A DNA stretch of 64,000 nucleotides from Patescibacteria group bacterium (GCA_035510735.1 DATKGN010000006.1:65429-129428); one strand, 5' to 3'. Positions 9,975-19,188 are shown, counted from the stretch's first letter. Notes: a model not told the origin generated them from the letters alone. Translations and numbers: made by a program.

Positions 9975-10877
9975 TTACATCGACCGGAGAATTTTAATCC
10001 GCTCCTCAATCGGCGGATGCGTGTCAAACAGTCCGGAAAACCAGGTGCCGAAGGCTTTTCCTTTGAAAGGATTGGTGATAAAAAGATGAGCGGTTGCATT
10101 GGTAGCTTCCTGTAAAACAGCCGTATCCTTTTTTAACTCTTCCAGGGCGCTTGCAAGCCCTTCCGGATTTCTGGTGAGAAGCGCGCCTGACGCGTCTGCC
10201 AAATATTCACGTTTCCGGGAAATTGCTAGCTGTATAAGCGTCGCGACAATCGGAGAAAGAATAGCAAGCACAATACCAACGATCATTAATATCCCCTGCA
10301 GTTGACCGCCCTCACTGTTGCGGCTTCGTCGTCCGCCGCCCCACCACAGCGTCCGCAAAAACATATCCGCCAAAAAAGCAACGGTTCCGGCAAGAACTGC
10401 AACAACCGCCATTAGCCGTATATCGTAATTTTTCACATGCGATAATTCGTGAGCAATGACGCCCTCAAGCTCTTCACGATCCATGCGAGCAAGTAATCCG
10501 CTCGTCGCACAGACAACCGCATGCTGCGGATCACGGCCCGTAGAAAATGCGTTCATGGCATCATCATCAATAACGTACAGTTTCGGCTTGGGTAACCCCG
10601 AAGCTATGCAAAGATTTTCTGTCACGGTATAAAAATCAAAATCCCGCCGCCGGTCTGCAGGCCTGGCTTTAGACATCGCAAGAACTATCGTTGATCCCCA
10701 GTAATAACTGACAAACGAAGATATGACGGCAAATGCAACGGCAATAAACACAAACGAATCACCGTAACCCAAGGCATTGCCCATCACATAGCCTGCAAAA
10801 ACCACAAATATGATGAATCCCGTCATGAAGGCGTATGACTTAAGAATATTGGACTGAATTTGTGAGCGAATGGACAT
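9975..10877 (-). CDS. htpX: M48 zinc metalloprotease HtpX
   Basis: NAFSTGR, AHELSH, ISRKREYLAD, THPPIEERI; paired with lemA. Confidence 0.93.
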   Translation of the reverse strand: MSIRSQIQSNILKSYAFMTGFIIFVVFAGYVMGNALGYGDSFVFIAVAFAVISSFVSYYWGSTIVLAMSKARPADRRRDFDFYTVTENLCIASGLPKPKLYVIDDDAMNAFSTGRDPQHAVVCATSGLLARMDREELEGVIAHELSHVKNYDIRLMAVVAVLAGTVAFLADMFLRTLWWGGGRRSRNSEGGQLQGILMIVGIVLAILSPIVATLIQLAISRKREYLADASGALLTRNPEGLASALEELKKDTAVLQEATNATAHLFITNPFKGKAFGTWFSGLFDTHPPIEERIKILRSM

Positions 10878-10888
10878 ATATCGTTATT

Positions 10889-11007
10889 GTCGCGGGGAGG
10901 CGCACAATTTTGAGCACTGCCACGCCCTTAATTAACGTAAATTCCCTGGAAAGTTTACCTTTTGGGCTTGGCGGATGCGCAACAAATTGCGCGACGACCA
11001 AAGCGAC
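10889..11007. other. Long irregular hairpin between lemA and htpX (structured RNA or palindromic insert)
   Basis: Nested complementary blocks GTCGC/GCGAC, GCACAATTT/AAATTGCGC, GCCA/TGGC, GCCC/GGGC, GTAAA/TTTAC. Confidence 0.55.
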
Positions 11008-11013
11008 TGGGAT

Positions 11014-11568
11014 TTATGAAAAATTGACTTTGACCGGTTCTGCGTCTGACCCCTCAACTTTGAAAAATTCCTTTACCTTAAATCCAAACGCTCCGGCGAG
11101 GATTACATTCGGAAACGTTTTCACCTTCAGGTTATATTCCATAAGCTGAGTGTTGTAGAATTGTCTCGCGTATGCAACCTTATCCTCGGTGTCGGATAAT
11201 TCTCTCTGGAGCTGCAGAAAATTTTCATTCGCTTTAAGCTGCGGGTAATTTTCCGCTATCGCAAAAAGACTCTTGAGCGTTCCGCTTAACATATCATTGG
11301 CTTTCGCTTTATCTCCCGGAGTCGTTGCCCCCATAAGTGCACTTCGGGCTTTCGTGACATCGGTAAAAACCGACTTTTCGTGTTTCGCGTATCCCTTCAC
11401 GCTTTCAACGATATTGGGAATAAGATCCGTACGCCGTTTCAGCTGCACATCAATCTGCGCCCATGCTTCATCAACCTCCGTTGATACGGTAACAAGACCA
11501 TTATAAAGCGCCCAAACATAAAGAACGAGAAGAACGATAACGCCAATCAATATAAACATCGGATTCAT
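11014..11568 (-). CDS. lemA: LemA family protein
   Basis: YNGLV, AWAQIDVQLKRRTDLIPN, AENYPQLKANENF, ARQFYN; ATGA overlap with the polX stop. Confidence 0.94.
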   Translation of the reverse strand: MNPMFILIGVIVLLVLYVWALYNGLVTVSTEVDEAWAQIDVQLKRRTDLIPNIVESVKGYAKHEKSVFTDVTKARSALMGATTPGDKAKANDMLSGTLKSLFAIAENYPQLKANENFLQLQRELSDTEDKVAYARQFYNTQLMEYNLKVKTFPNVILAGAFGFKVKEFFKVEGSDAEPVKVNFS

Positions 11569-13382
11569 GGTTTTGCTCCTTTCACAAGCCAATCTTTAAA
11601 GTCATTATACTCCTGACTGTTTACAATGTCATGTTTTGTGGCCCACCCCCGCCTCGCGACTGATACGCCGTATTTCATGAGGATCATTTGATCAACTGCA
11701 TGTGCATCGGTGTCAATTGAAAACCGCAAATTTTGCTTTTTTGCATCGTAGACAATGTTGTCCGGCAAATCGAGGCGTGATGGATGAGCATTGATTTCAA
11801 GAGCGATATTCTGTTTTTTACATGCCTCAAATATCAAATCCCAGTCGTATTCAACCCCCTCGCGTTTGCCTAAAAGTCGTGTCGTTGGATGTCCGAAAAT
11901 GCGCACTTTTTCGTGAGACGTAAGAGCGGTAACGACTCTGCGGGTCATAACTTCGCGGCTTTGGTTAAAACTCGAGTGCACGGAAACGACAACCGCGTCT
12001 ACATAATCGAACGCGCTATCGGGTAGTGCTAATTTCCCATCAGGTAGTATATCTACTTCACACATGAGGAACATTTGCGGCAGCCCCGCCGAAGCCTTGC
12101 GAAGGGGGGTACGAGTTTTGAGCACTTTTTGTACCCATGAGTAATATTTATGTTCATAATCATCCTTTCGTCTTTTCATTATCTCAACTATTTGTTCCTC
12201 AGTGTGATTTCCCACACTCGGATTATGATCGCTAAAGCCAACATAGTCGTATCCTAACCGCGCCGCTTCCGATAAGTAGAGATCAGCACTTTGTGCGCCC
12301 ACGTCATGGGATGATTCAAGATCATAACTAGAGTGAATATGGAGGTCACCGCGAATATCCGGAAGTTCTACAAGATGCGGCAGTTTGCCGTGGATAGCAG
12401 CCTCAATTTCCCCACGATCCTCACGAAGTTCAGGCGGTATCCACGGCAACTTAATTGCCTCATAGAAGGCTTTCTCCGTCGGATATTCTGATAGTTTATT
12501 GGTTTTCGTATTTTTAATACCGTATTCATTGAGCGATTTCCCCTGATTTAGAGCGAGGGATCGTAATTTGATATTATGATTTTTCGAACCCGTAAAGTAC
12601 TGAAGCATGGCGCCGTACGCTTCCGGCTTCTGCACGCGAAGATCAACTTGTTTCCCGTTATGTAGAAGCAGCGATGCACCTGTCGGACCTTTTTCGATCA
12701 ATTTTTGATGTGGGTAGGTGATGAAACGTTCAATAACAGTCTCGGGTTCAGTTGTAGCAACGGAAATATCGATATCGCCGATCGTTGAAACCTGCCGCCG
12801 CAAGCTCCCTAAGGTATCGATATGTTTAACCCCGCCCCCGGCTTTGACAAAATTGATAACATCGAGTGCCACCTGATCGGCTTCCGAGAGCACCATGCGG
12901 TTTTCTTTAATAGCGCCTTTTTTATACGTTTCGATATTAGCGAGGATGTCAGCCTCGGATTTCTCTCCGAACCCCTCCATTGGAGCAATTTTGTGGCCCA
13001 CGGCCGCCTTCTCCAGATCCTCTATAACCGTTTGCGCCTTATTGAGTTTTAATTCACTGACAAGTTTATATGCCTTTTTCGGTCCGATCCCCGGCACTAA
13101 GAGAAGCGGGTAAATAGATGCCGGTAATTTTCCCAAAACCTCTTCAAAATGGCGTACATGACCGGTCCTGAAAAGCTCATCAAGATGTTTTTGCAGCGTC
13201 TCACCAACCCCCGGAATCTCTTTTAATTTTCCGTCATTCCACAAATCCTTCACCTCACTCGTCAGGTGTTCAACGCTGTCGGCCGCGCGTTCATAGGCAA
13301 TGATCTTAAATCGATTTTCATTCAAAATCAGATAAGCGGCGGCAACTTTCCGGAGAAGCTCTGCAATTTCTAAATTTGTCAT
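11565..13382 (-). CDS. polX: DNA polymerase X with PHP domain
   Basis: HhH motifs IPGVG and VPGIGPKK, GSLRR...GDIDI, VDLR, YFTGSK; PHP GDLHIHS, SDH, GHPT, DTDAH. Confidence 0.93.
   Translation of the reverse strand: MTNLEIAELLRKVAAAYLILNENRFKIIAYERAADSVEHLTSEVKDLWNDGKLKEIPGVGETLQKHLDELFRTGHVRHFEEVLGKLPASIYPLLLVPGIGPKKAYKLVSELKLNKAQTVIEDLEKAAVGHKIAPMEGFGEKSEADILANIETYKKGAIKENRMVLSEADQVALDVINFVKAGGGVKHIDTLGSLRRQVSTIGDIDISVATTEPETVIERFITYPHQKLIEKGPTGASLLLHNGKQVDLRVQKPEAYGAMLQYFTGSKNHNIKLRSLALNQGKSLNEYGIKNTKTNKLSEYPTEKAFYEAIKLPWIPPELREDRGEIEAAIHGKLPHLVELPDIRGDLHIHSSYDLESSHDVGAQSADLYLSEAARLGYDYVGFSDHNPSVGNHTEEQIVEIMKRRKDDYEHKYYSWVQKVLKTRTPLRKASAGLPQMFLMCEVDILPDGKLALPDSAFDYVDAVVVSVHSSFNQSREVMTRRVVTALTSHEKVRIFGHPTTRLLGKREGVEYDWDLIFEACKKQNIALEINAHPSRLDLPDNIVYDAKKQNLRFSIDTDAHAVDQMILMKYGVSVARRGWATKHDIVNSQEYNDFKDWLVKGAKP
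12083..12109. repeat. 27-bp palindrome inserted in frame in polX
   Basis: GCCCCGCCGAAGCCTTGCGAAGGGGGG, similar to 41748-41775; encodes about PLRKASAG in a PHP loop. Confidence 0.65.
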
Positions 13383-13456
13383 AGGATATTACTGTAGGCC
13401 AATCGTAGCACAATCATTGTGTGCTCCTCAAATTTGATTTATAATCTTTTAGCCGT

Positions 13457-13531
13457 GGGGTTGTAGCTCAGCCTGGTTAGAGCGCTTCCCTGTCAAGGAA
13501 GAGGTCACGGGTTCGAACCCCGTCAGCCCCG
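13457..13531 (+). tRNA. tRNA-Asp(GTC)
   Basis: GGGGTTG/CAGCCCC acceptor stem, CTTCC-CT GTC AA-GGAAG, GGTTCGAACCC; CCA not encoded. Confidence 0.96.
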
Positions 13532-13550
13532 CATAGATAATTTTTAGCGA

Positions 13551-13679
13551 TCCTGATCCGCAAACTGACGGAGAAGGAGAGTTTAGAAATTTCTATGTCC
13601 TCCTCGCGATCGCTCCACGAGCCGTCCCGCCATCTGGCGGATGTAAAGGCGAGTGGCAAGACGCGGGGGACTTTAAACT
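13551..13679. repeat. Cluster of nested palindromes between tRNA-Asp and the LysM gene
   Basis: TCCT-GA-TCCG..CGGA-GA-AGGA; GTCCTCCTCGCG..CGCGGGGGAC enclosing CCAC-GA-GCC..GGC-GA-GTGG, which encloses CCGCCATCTGGCGG. Confidence 0.7.
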
Positions 13680-13720
13680 GCTTTCAATATCTCTGCCTGG
13701 AACGGAGGAACCTTTCTACA

Positions 13721-14275
13721 ATGTGGAAGTCACTAAAACAAATCTTTAATTCACCGGATTCTTACGTATCACTCGCACTCGGGCTCGCAGTTGTGTTAAT
13801 TATCGGAATGATATCCTTTAATTATTTTAAGACAAAGTCACAGATAGCTGAGTCTGAAAAAGTCAAACAGCAGAATCAGGAAATGGTAAAGGCCAATTCA
13901 ACTCCCGGCAATTATATGGTTAAAGACGGAGATACACTCTGGTCAATCGCCCAAACAATTTATAAAAGCGGGTACAATTGGGTTGACATTCAAAAGGCCA
14001 ATAATCTCGTCAATGCTGACTATATTATGACCGGCCAATCACTGACACTACCGAAGATCAGCCCGACGCCGACGCCGCAGGGGGAAATTTCAGCAGCCTC
14101 AACGGAAATTCCGTATACCGAAAAACACTATACGGTCGTAGCGGGAGATGATCTTTGGTCTATTTCGCAAAAAGAGTATAACGGCAATGGATATCGATGG
14201 GTAGATATCGCAAAAGCGAATAATCTAACCAACCCGGATATCATAAACGCAGGAAACGTCCTCGTTTTACCGTAA
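13721..14275 (+). CDS. Membrane-anchored protein with two LysM domains
   Basis: TM helix then YMVKDGDTLWSIA...IQKANNL and YTVVAGDDLWSIS...IAKANNL; GGAGG upstream. Confidence 0.92.
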   Translation: MWKSLKQIFNSPDSYVSLALGLAVVLIIGMISFNYFKTKSQIAESEKVKQQNQEMVKANSTPGNYMVKDGDTLWSIAQTIYKSGYNWVDIQKANNLVNADYIMTGQSLTLPKISPTPTPQGEISAASTEIPYTEKHYTVVAGDDLWSISQKEYNGNGYRWVDIAKANNLTNPDIINAGNVLVLP

Positions 14276-14277
14276 GT

Positions 14278-14297
14278 ATATTTGTTGCAACAAATAT
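14278..14297. promoter_or_regulatory. Perfect 20-bp palindrome (terminator-like hairpin or operator)
   Basis: ATATTTGTTGCAACAAATAT directly after the LysM stop and upstream of a TATAAT at 14324. Confidence 0.45.
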
Positions 14298-14330
14298 TCA
14301 TTTTTAAGTTCATTCATATAACGTATAATA

Positions 14331-14496
14331 GTGATAATCGTACCTGACGGAAGCTTTCGTCAGGGGCGGTATCGTTACGGTAGGGTTATTTTAATTAATT
14401 AAAATACGTCGTGAAGGTGTAACATTCGATCTCAAACCCTTCACGACACACCAGTAGGAAAGATCGTTGGGAAGGAAACTCAGGTTTCCGTCCCAG
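14331..14496 (+). ncRNA. Candidate structured RNA in the tRNA-Gly leader (four hairpins)
   Basis: CCTGACG..CGTCAGG; TATTTTAATTAATTAAAATA; GTCGTGAAGG..CCTTCACGAC; TGGGA-A-GGAAAC-TCAG-GTTTCC-G-TCCCA; no family recognised. Confidence 0.4.
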
Positions 14497-14498
14497 AA

Positions 14499-14570
14499 GC
14501 GGGCGTAGTTCAGCGGTAGAATGTCTCCTTCCCAAGGAGAAGGTCGTGGGTTCAAATCCCATCGCCCGCT
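14499..14570 (+). tRNA. tRNA-Gly(CCC)
   Basis: GCGGGCG/CGCCCGC acceptor stem, TCTCC-TT CCC AA-GGAGA, GGTTCAAATCC. Confidence 0.96.
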
Positions 14571-14580
14571 CAAAATACAT

Positions 14581-14838
14581 ATGGCATTAAAAGAAGCATT
14601 ACAAGAAGTATTAAAGGGAGCATGCTCGGATCCATACAGTGTATGGCACCGAGTTGTAAATGATCCTGATGGTTATCAGGCTAATGAGTTAAACGCGGTA
14701 CAACAGGCACTGGCACTATTAAATTCTGAACTCGTAGACGGAGGGGATGGGTCAATCACATTGAATCTTTTAAGGGATAAAAATTTTGTTGAAGAATTGG
14801 CAATCGCATATACTAGAGACTATGTGCCGGGGATGTAA
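14581..14838 (+). CDS. Small orphan hypothetical protein (85 aa)
   Basis: ATG 10 nt after tRNA-Gly; the longer track ORF would overlap the tRNA. Confidence 0.6.
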   Translation: MALKEALQEVLKGACSDPYSVWHRVVNDPDGYQANELNAVQQALALLNSELVDGGDGSITLNLLRDKNFVEELAIAYTRDYVPGM

Positions 14839-14854
14839 ATACTTATCAATCTTG

Positions 14855-16372
14855 TCACCCCAGGCTTTTCCTAAGAAGTGCCGCCTGCGTCAAAAGTTCG
14901 CTCGTTACATTGCCACGAAGGAGCCGTGTAACAATCTCATCAACCACCTCTGCGTGTTCCCGCTCTTCGGACGTTGTCGGACCAAGTGATTCATGAAGAT
15001 AGTCCTCAATATATTTGATATCGATGACGACATCCGCAAGTGCCGGCACGGTTTTTGACAACTTAGCGAGTGCCCGCTTATTGAGAAATTTTCCCGCCTC
15101 CTTGAGTTCTCGCCGTAAACCGATGTAATGCTTTTCGATGAGCGGCAATAGTTTCTTACCTAAGGCGTTATGAAGCCCTCGGCCGGTTCCTACTAATTCC
15201 GGCGGAATGCCCATAGAATACATGGCAGCGGTAAATCCGATTGCACGGGGTAAATGAACGTTACCTACTCCGCGCGAGTACCCGAAAAGACCCGTGTGCT
15301 GAACTCGCTCGCGACGTCTGGGCAAAAGCGATGCAATATCATTTATGAGAGGCGCCAATATTTCTATGCTTGACTGGTAAGGTTTTTCAAATGACGGCAG
15401 AAGCCCGATAATCTCACGTTTCTCGCTAATCGACACCGGAATAACTTTTGATTTTGGTAATAGCTCTTCCAGTGTGGCAATACCCTTCACAACGTCGCCA
15501 AACGGATAATCATACCGGAACGCGCTTTGGATAAGAGCGGTCCGTACGCCGGCATATTCCTCGGCAAAGTGTTTGACCGTGTATGGCGTTAATCCGCCGC
15601 GAAAAGGAAGCGACGCTGATCCGATAATCGGACTTAACGGAAATTTCTGCCGATTAGCAAGTTCATCAAACTGCGACAAAGCTATTTTTATCGCAAGGAC
15701 CGTCGGGATAATACCGGAGTTAAGCGCCGGATCGGAACGTGCAACATACGGCCTGAGATATTTTGGCCGAAACCCGAATATATCTTCGTGTTTCTTGATG
15801 TATTCTAGAACGATTTTATCTGACCGCATGATTGTGCTGACACTCTCAAAAAGCGGAATAACCTCAATATGCTTAATTGTCTCATCGGTAAAGTTATATA
15901 ACTGATGCTTGAGAGAGGCAATTTCTGCAAACGCCTCCTGGATAGCGATCATCTCACCTGCCGACTCTGTCATGGGCAAAATGACTTCAAAAAGAGGGAT
16001 GCTATGGAGTCCGACATGTTTTGCAAGACCTGCGGCCGCCAGAATTCCCATAAATGCCCGCCCCAGCCGGAATTCAGTCTCGACTTTCGGATTTGGCAGG
16101 CGGAATGTGATAAATTTGTCTTTCCCTATCGGATGTTGGAGAAAATATTCATAATGCTCACCCAGAAGCTTTTCCACTACCGATTCGTCAACGAATTTTC
16201 CTTCCCAATCCCACTTATACTCAGAAATCCCAAGATCCGAAAACGTGAGAAAACACTCTTTCACTTCCTGTCGCGTGCTGATAAACTCTTTGGTATACCA
16301 ATAGGGCTTCGCTGCATGGTCGGGATGCTGAGAGGCCATCGTACTTGGAATTTTTCTGTCAATCGAAATCAT
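14855..16372 (-). CDS. ppcA: Archaeal-type phosphoenolpyruvate carboxylase
   Basis: IPSTMASQHPD, WDWEGK, EVILPM, ARSDPALNSG, SLPFRGG, GLFGYSR, LPRAIGF; ~505 aa, much shorter than bacterial Ppc. Confidence 0.92.
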   Translation of the reverse strand: MISIDRKIPSTMASQHPDHAAKPYWYTKEFISTRQEVKECFLTFSDLGISEYKWDWEGKFVDESVVEKLLGEHYEYFLQHPIGKDKFITFRLPNPKVETEFRLGRAFMGILAAAGLAKHVGLHSIPLFEVILPMTESAGEMIAIQEAFAEIASLKHQLYNFTDETIKHIEVIPLFESVSTIMRSDKIVLEYIKKHEDIFGFRPKYLRPYVARSDPALNSGIIPTVLAIKIALSQFDELANRQKFPLSPIIGSASLPFRGGLTPYTVKHFAEEYAGVRTALIQSAFRYDYPFGDVVKGIATLEELLPKSKVIPVSISEKREIIGLLPSFEKPYQSSIEILAPLINDIASLLPRRRERVQHTGLFGYSRGVGNVHLPRAIGFTAAMYSMGIPPELVGTGRGLHNALGKKLLPLIEKHYIGLRRELKEAGKFLNKRALAKLSKTVPALADVVIDIKYIEDYLHESLGPTTSEEREHAEVVDEIVTRLLRGNVTSELLTQAALLRKSLG

Positions 16373-16460
16373 AGGAGCATTGTACCAATTTTCACGACGC
16401 ACGGAAACCAATCAACTGTTTGATATGGATTTAAGAGGATATTTGATACAATAAGGGCAC

Positions 16461-16536
16461 GCCGACATAGCTCAGTTGGTAGAGCGGCGCTTTCGTAAAG
16501 CGTAGGTCGTCGGTTCGATCCCGACTGTCGGCTCCA
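16461..16536 (+). tRNA. tRNA-Thr(CGT)
   Basis: GCCGACA/TGTCGGC acceptor stem, GCGCT-TT CGT AA-AGCGT, encoded CCA. Confidence 0.96.
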
Positions 16537-16545
16537 AGGTACATT

Positions 16546-17256
16546 ATGGCGTATTCACGGTACAGCAGAATTGAAGATAAAAAACAGCGGAGGCGGCTTC
16601 TACTTGCGGTCGTCGGAAGCATTACCATAGTCGCCCTCTTAGTGATATTCGGCGTAAAGTTAATTGTCGGGTTTAGCATTCTCGTTGAAAACCTAAAAGG
16701 ATCTTCGCCTGCACCCATCCCGCAATCGCAAGCCCTTGTCCTCCCGCCGACGCTCGATCCGCTTCCGATGGCAACTAATAGCGGGGAACTCGCGTTGACC
16801 GGCATGGGAAAACAGGGACTTACGGCAATTATCTACGTGAACGCGGTTGAAGTTGATCGATTAACGGTCGCAAAAAACGGAACATTTTCTACACCTCTCT
16901 CACTTCAGGATGGTACTAATTCTATAAGCGCAAAATTAACGGACAATAAAGGAAATACGAGTGATCTATCCAATTTTTTAACAACCCTTATCAAAAAAAG
17001 TGCACCGACGCTCACGATCAATACGCCCGATGATAACGCAACAGTAACCGGTGACAGCAACCTCGTGACGGTCTCCGGAAAAACAGATGATAATACAACG
17101 GTAACGATTAACGGCAGGCTCGCTGTTGTTGAAAGCGATAACAGCTTCAGCTATCAATATCCGCTAAACGACGGGGATAATACGCTCGCGATTACCGCAA
17201 CCGATCAGGCCGGTAATTCAACAAAAACTGAGCGCAAAGTTACCTATCACAAGTAA
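16546..17256 (+). CDS. Membrane-anchored protein with bacterial Ig-like domains
   Basis: Basic N-terminus, TM helix, two repeats LxDGxNxI...TDxxGN. Confidence 0.8.
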   Translation: MAYSRYSRIEDKKQRRRLLLAVVGSITIVALLVIFGVKLIVGFSILVENLKGSSPAPIPQSQALVLPPTLDPLPMATNSGELALTGMGKQGLTAIIYVNAVEVDRLTVAKNGTFSTPLSLQDGTNSISAKLTDNKGNTSDLSNFLTTLIKKSAPTLTINTPDDNATVTGDSNLVTVSGKTDDNTTVTINGRLAVVESDNSFSYQYPLNDGDNTLAITATDQAGNSTKTERKVTYHK

Positions 17257-17257
17257 T

Positions 17258-18424
17258 TTACTTCCTTTTCTCAGGAATAGTCAATTTCTCAGAACTTGCT
17301 ATAAAAATCCACAACCAGATCATAACCCACGCATAAAAAAGGCTGTTATTAAACAAACTATGGATACCGACTGCAAGAACGATACACCAATAAAGGAGCG
17401 ACATATCTGATTGACCAAAATTACGTAAGAAAAATGCTGACACTCTCCAAACTATCCAACCAAATGAAATGAATCCGATTAACCCGGTCGTTGCAAGAAG
17501 GAAGAGAATGCTGCTATCAATGCCAGAGGCAGCATGAGATGGTTGACTGGTTAATGTAGGTTTTGCATTTTGAACCCGAGGTAGCGTGTTAAAACCGTAT
17601 CCGATAAGCGGCGATTTACTGATAAGACCAAATGCTTCCTGCCAATTCCCTAAACGGGCAACTGTTGAATCAGTGCGCGTTAAACGAAGAGTCTTCCCGC
17701 CCGGAGTCGGCAATGAAATCAAAAATCCGATAACGAGCGCGATGATGAATCCGGCAAGCCACTTTTTTTTCCAAATAATCCAAAGAATGACACCCATAGC
17801 AAATGCGAGGTAGCTGCTTCTCGAATACGTTAGGAATAAAGCGACACCGCTGACAATTTGCAATAACGTAAGCCACATACGCTTCTCTTTAACCATCAGA
17901 TAAAATCCTAAGAAAAGAGTCAGCACAATAACTATGCCTGCGAAATTAGGATCAAGAAATGTGGAAAACAGGCGGTAATAATGAGGATCCCACCCGAGAT
18001 AAGTTAAATTCCTAAGATCCGGATATAAAAAATATTGTACTAATCCTAAAACCGAAAACGCCGACCCGAAACCGTAGAGCCCCCAAAGCAAAAATGCTGG
18101 TGTGACCGCACTTTCAACGAGAATAAAATACAAACAGCTGTAAAACGCGAAGCGGATAAGATACAGTGACGATATGCCGATGACTGTCCAAGTGAACCGG
18201 TATACATTCAATAATAATGTTAGGGCACCGATGCCGACGAATGTGAGAATCGGAATCAATAGAACCGGGGTAGTCCATTTTCTTGGGTGTCGGACAATAT
18301 AAAAACTAAGTATAAGGAAGAGGATAATATCATGGACGTAGAGTGTGACTCCGGGTAAAACGCTCACGGCACCCAGTTGTCCCAACAATAGGCTGACAAA
18401 AAAAATTATGAGCCAAATGATCAT
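17258..18424 (-). CDS. O-antigen ligase/Wzy-like membrane protein
   Basis: Multi-TM; RLFSTFLDPN, LTYSRSS, SPLIGYGF; ATGA overlap with the upstream GT2. Confidence 0.82.
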   Translation of the reverse strand: MIIWLIIFFVSLLLGQLGAVSVLPGVTLYVHDIILFLILSFYIVRHPRKWTTPVLLIPILTFVGIGALTLLLNVYRFTWTVIGISSLYLIRFAFYSCLYFILVESAVTPAFLLWGLYGFGSAFSVLGLVQYFLYPDLRNLTYLGWDPHYYRLFSTFLDPNFAGIVIVLTLFLGFYLMVKEKRMWLTLLQIVSGVALFLTYSRSSYLAFAMGVILWIIWKKKWLAGFIIALVIGFLISLPTPGGKTLRLTRTDSTVARLGNWQEAFGLISKSPLIGYGFNTLPRVQNAKPTLTSQPSHAASGIDSSILFLLATTGLIGFISFGWIVWRVSAFFLRNFGQSDMSLLYWCIVLAVGIHSLFNNSLFYAWVMIWLWIFIASSEKLTIPEKRK

Positions 18425-19188
18425 ACAGCCGCCTGCTCTTCTGGTTTTGACGCCATGTGCCACAACTGATAGAGCTTCGCGCGGGTGAGAAATGAGTGAA
18501 AGCTCATCATGAGAGCCATAATTGCCCCGGGGGTGCCGTCTAAAAATCCCGCTCGAAGAATATAGTTAACGAAAAACTTAGCGACCGGATAACAAACGAT
18601 TTGCAGCCGGTTGACGTGTATGCCTTGATCATACATAAACTTTGCATTCAGCGTTGAATAATAATTAATTTCATCTAAAAATTGTGCGACGTTAGGGTGG
18701 GGAAAATGCTGGAGTGGTGAATTGATAGAACCGACAGGTCCTTTTATATCCCATACTTCATGAACAGAGCGCCGCCAAATCCCAGCGTCTTTCTTCCCCA
18801 ACCGAAGGAGTCGCACGCTCCCCGTTTCCCCGTGGGTGAGTTTTTGTCCGTACATGAAGTCATCGCGCTTAAGAAAATATCCTGCAAATTCTTTTCGTTC
18901 GATCGCCCCCTGAATCTCGTGCTCAAGATCGGTTGATACAGTTTCATCGCTGTCGATAAATAATACCCAATCGCTATTTGTTTTTGATAATCCAAAATTT
19001 CTCTGAGATGCGAAGTCTCCGTTGACATTGTGCTTAAAAACACGTGAAGTAAACGGTTTAACTTTTTCAATGGTATCATCCGTTGAATCGTCATCGACAA
19101 CGATAAGTTCGTCACACCACATTAACTTGGAAAGAGTCTTCTCTATACCGTTTCCATCATTATGGGTGAGAATAATAGCACAAATCAT
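18421..19188 (-). CDS. Glycosyltransferase family 2
   Basis: VVDDDSTDDT, FASQRNFGL, WVLFIDSDE, VHE, GFLDG. Confidence 0.9.
   Translation of the reverse strand: MICAIILTHNDGNGIEKTLSKLMWCDELIVVDDDSTDDTIEKVKPFTSRVFKHNVNGDFASQRNFGLSKTNSDWVLFIDSDETVSTDLEHEIQGAIERKEFAGYFLKRDDFMYGQKLTHGETGSVRLLRLGKKDAGIWRRSVHEVWDIKGPVGSINSPLQHFPHPNVAQFLDEINYYSTLNAKFMYDQGIHVNRLQIVCYPVAKFFVNYILRAGFLDGTPGAIMALMMSFHSFLTRAKLYQLWHMASKPEEQAAV

Noticed and set aside
9446-10958. Shared 11-mer GGAAAGTTTAC in two intergenic regions as an operator
   Set aside because: Only two copies in different structural contexts; compatible with chance
13698-13712. GGAACGGAGGAACC resembling part of a c-di-AMP (ydaO) riboswitch before a LysM gene
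   Set aside because: The downstream GGGGTGAA, GTAGGG and CCGTCAGCTAAC elements are missing; GGAGG is better read as an SD
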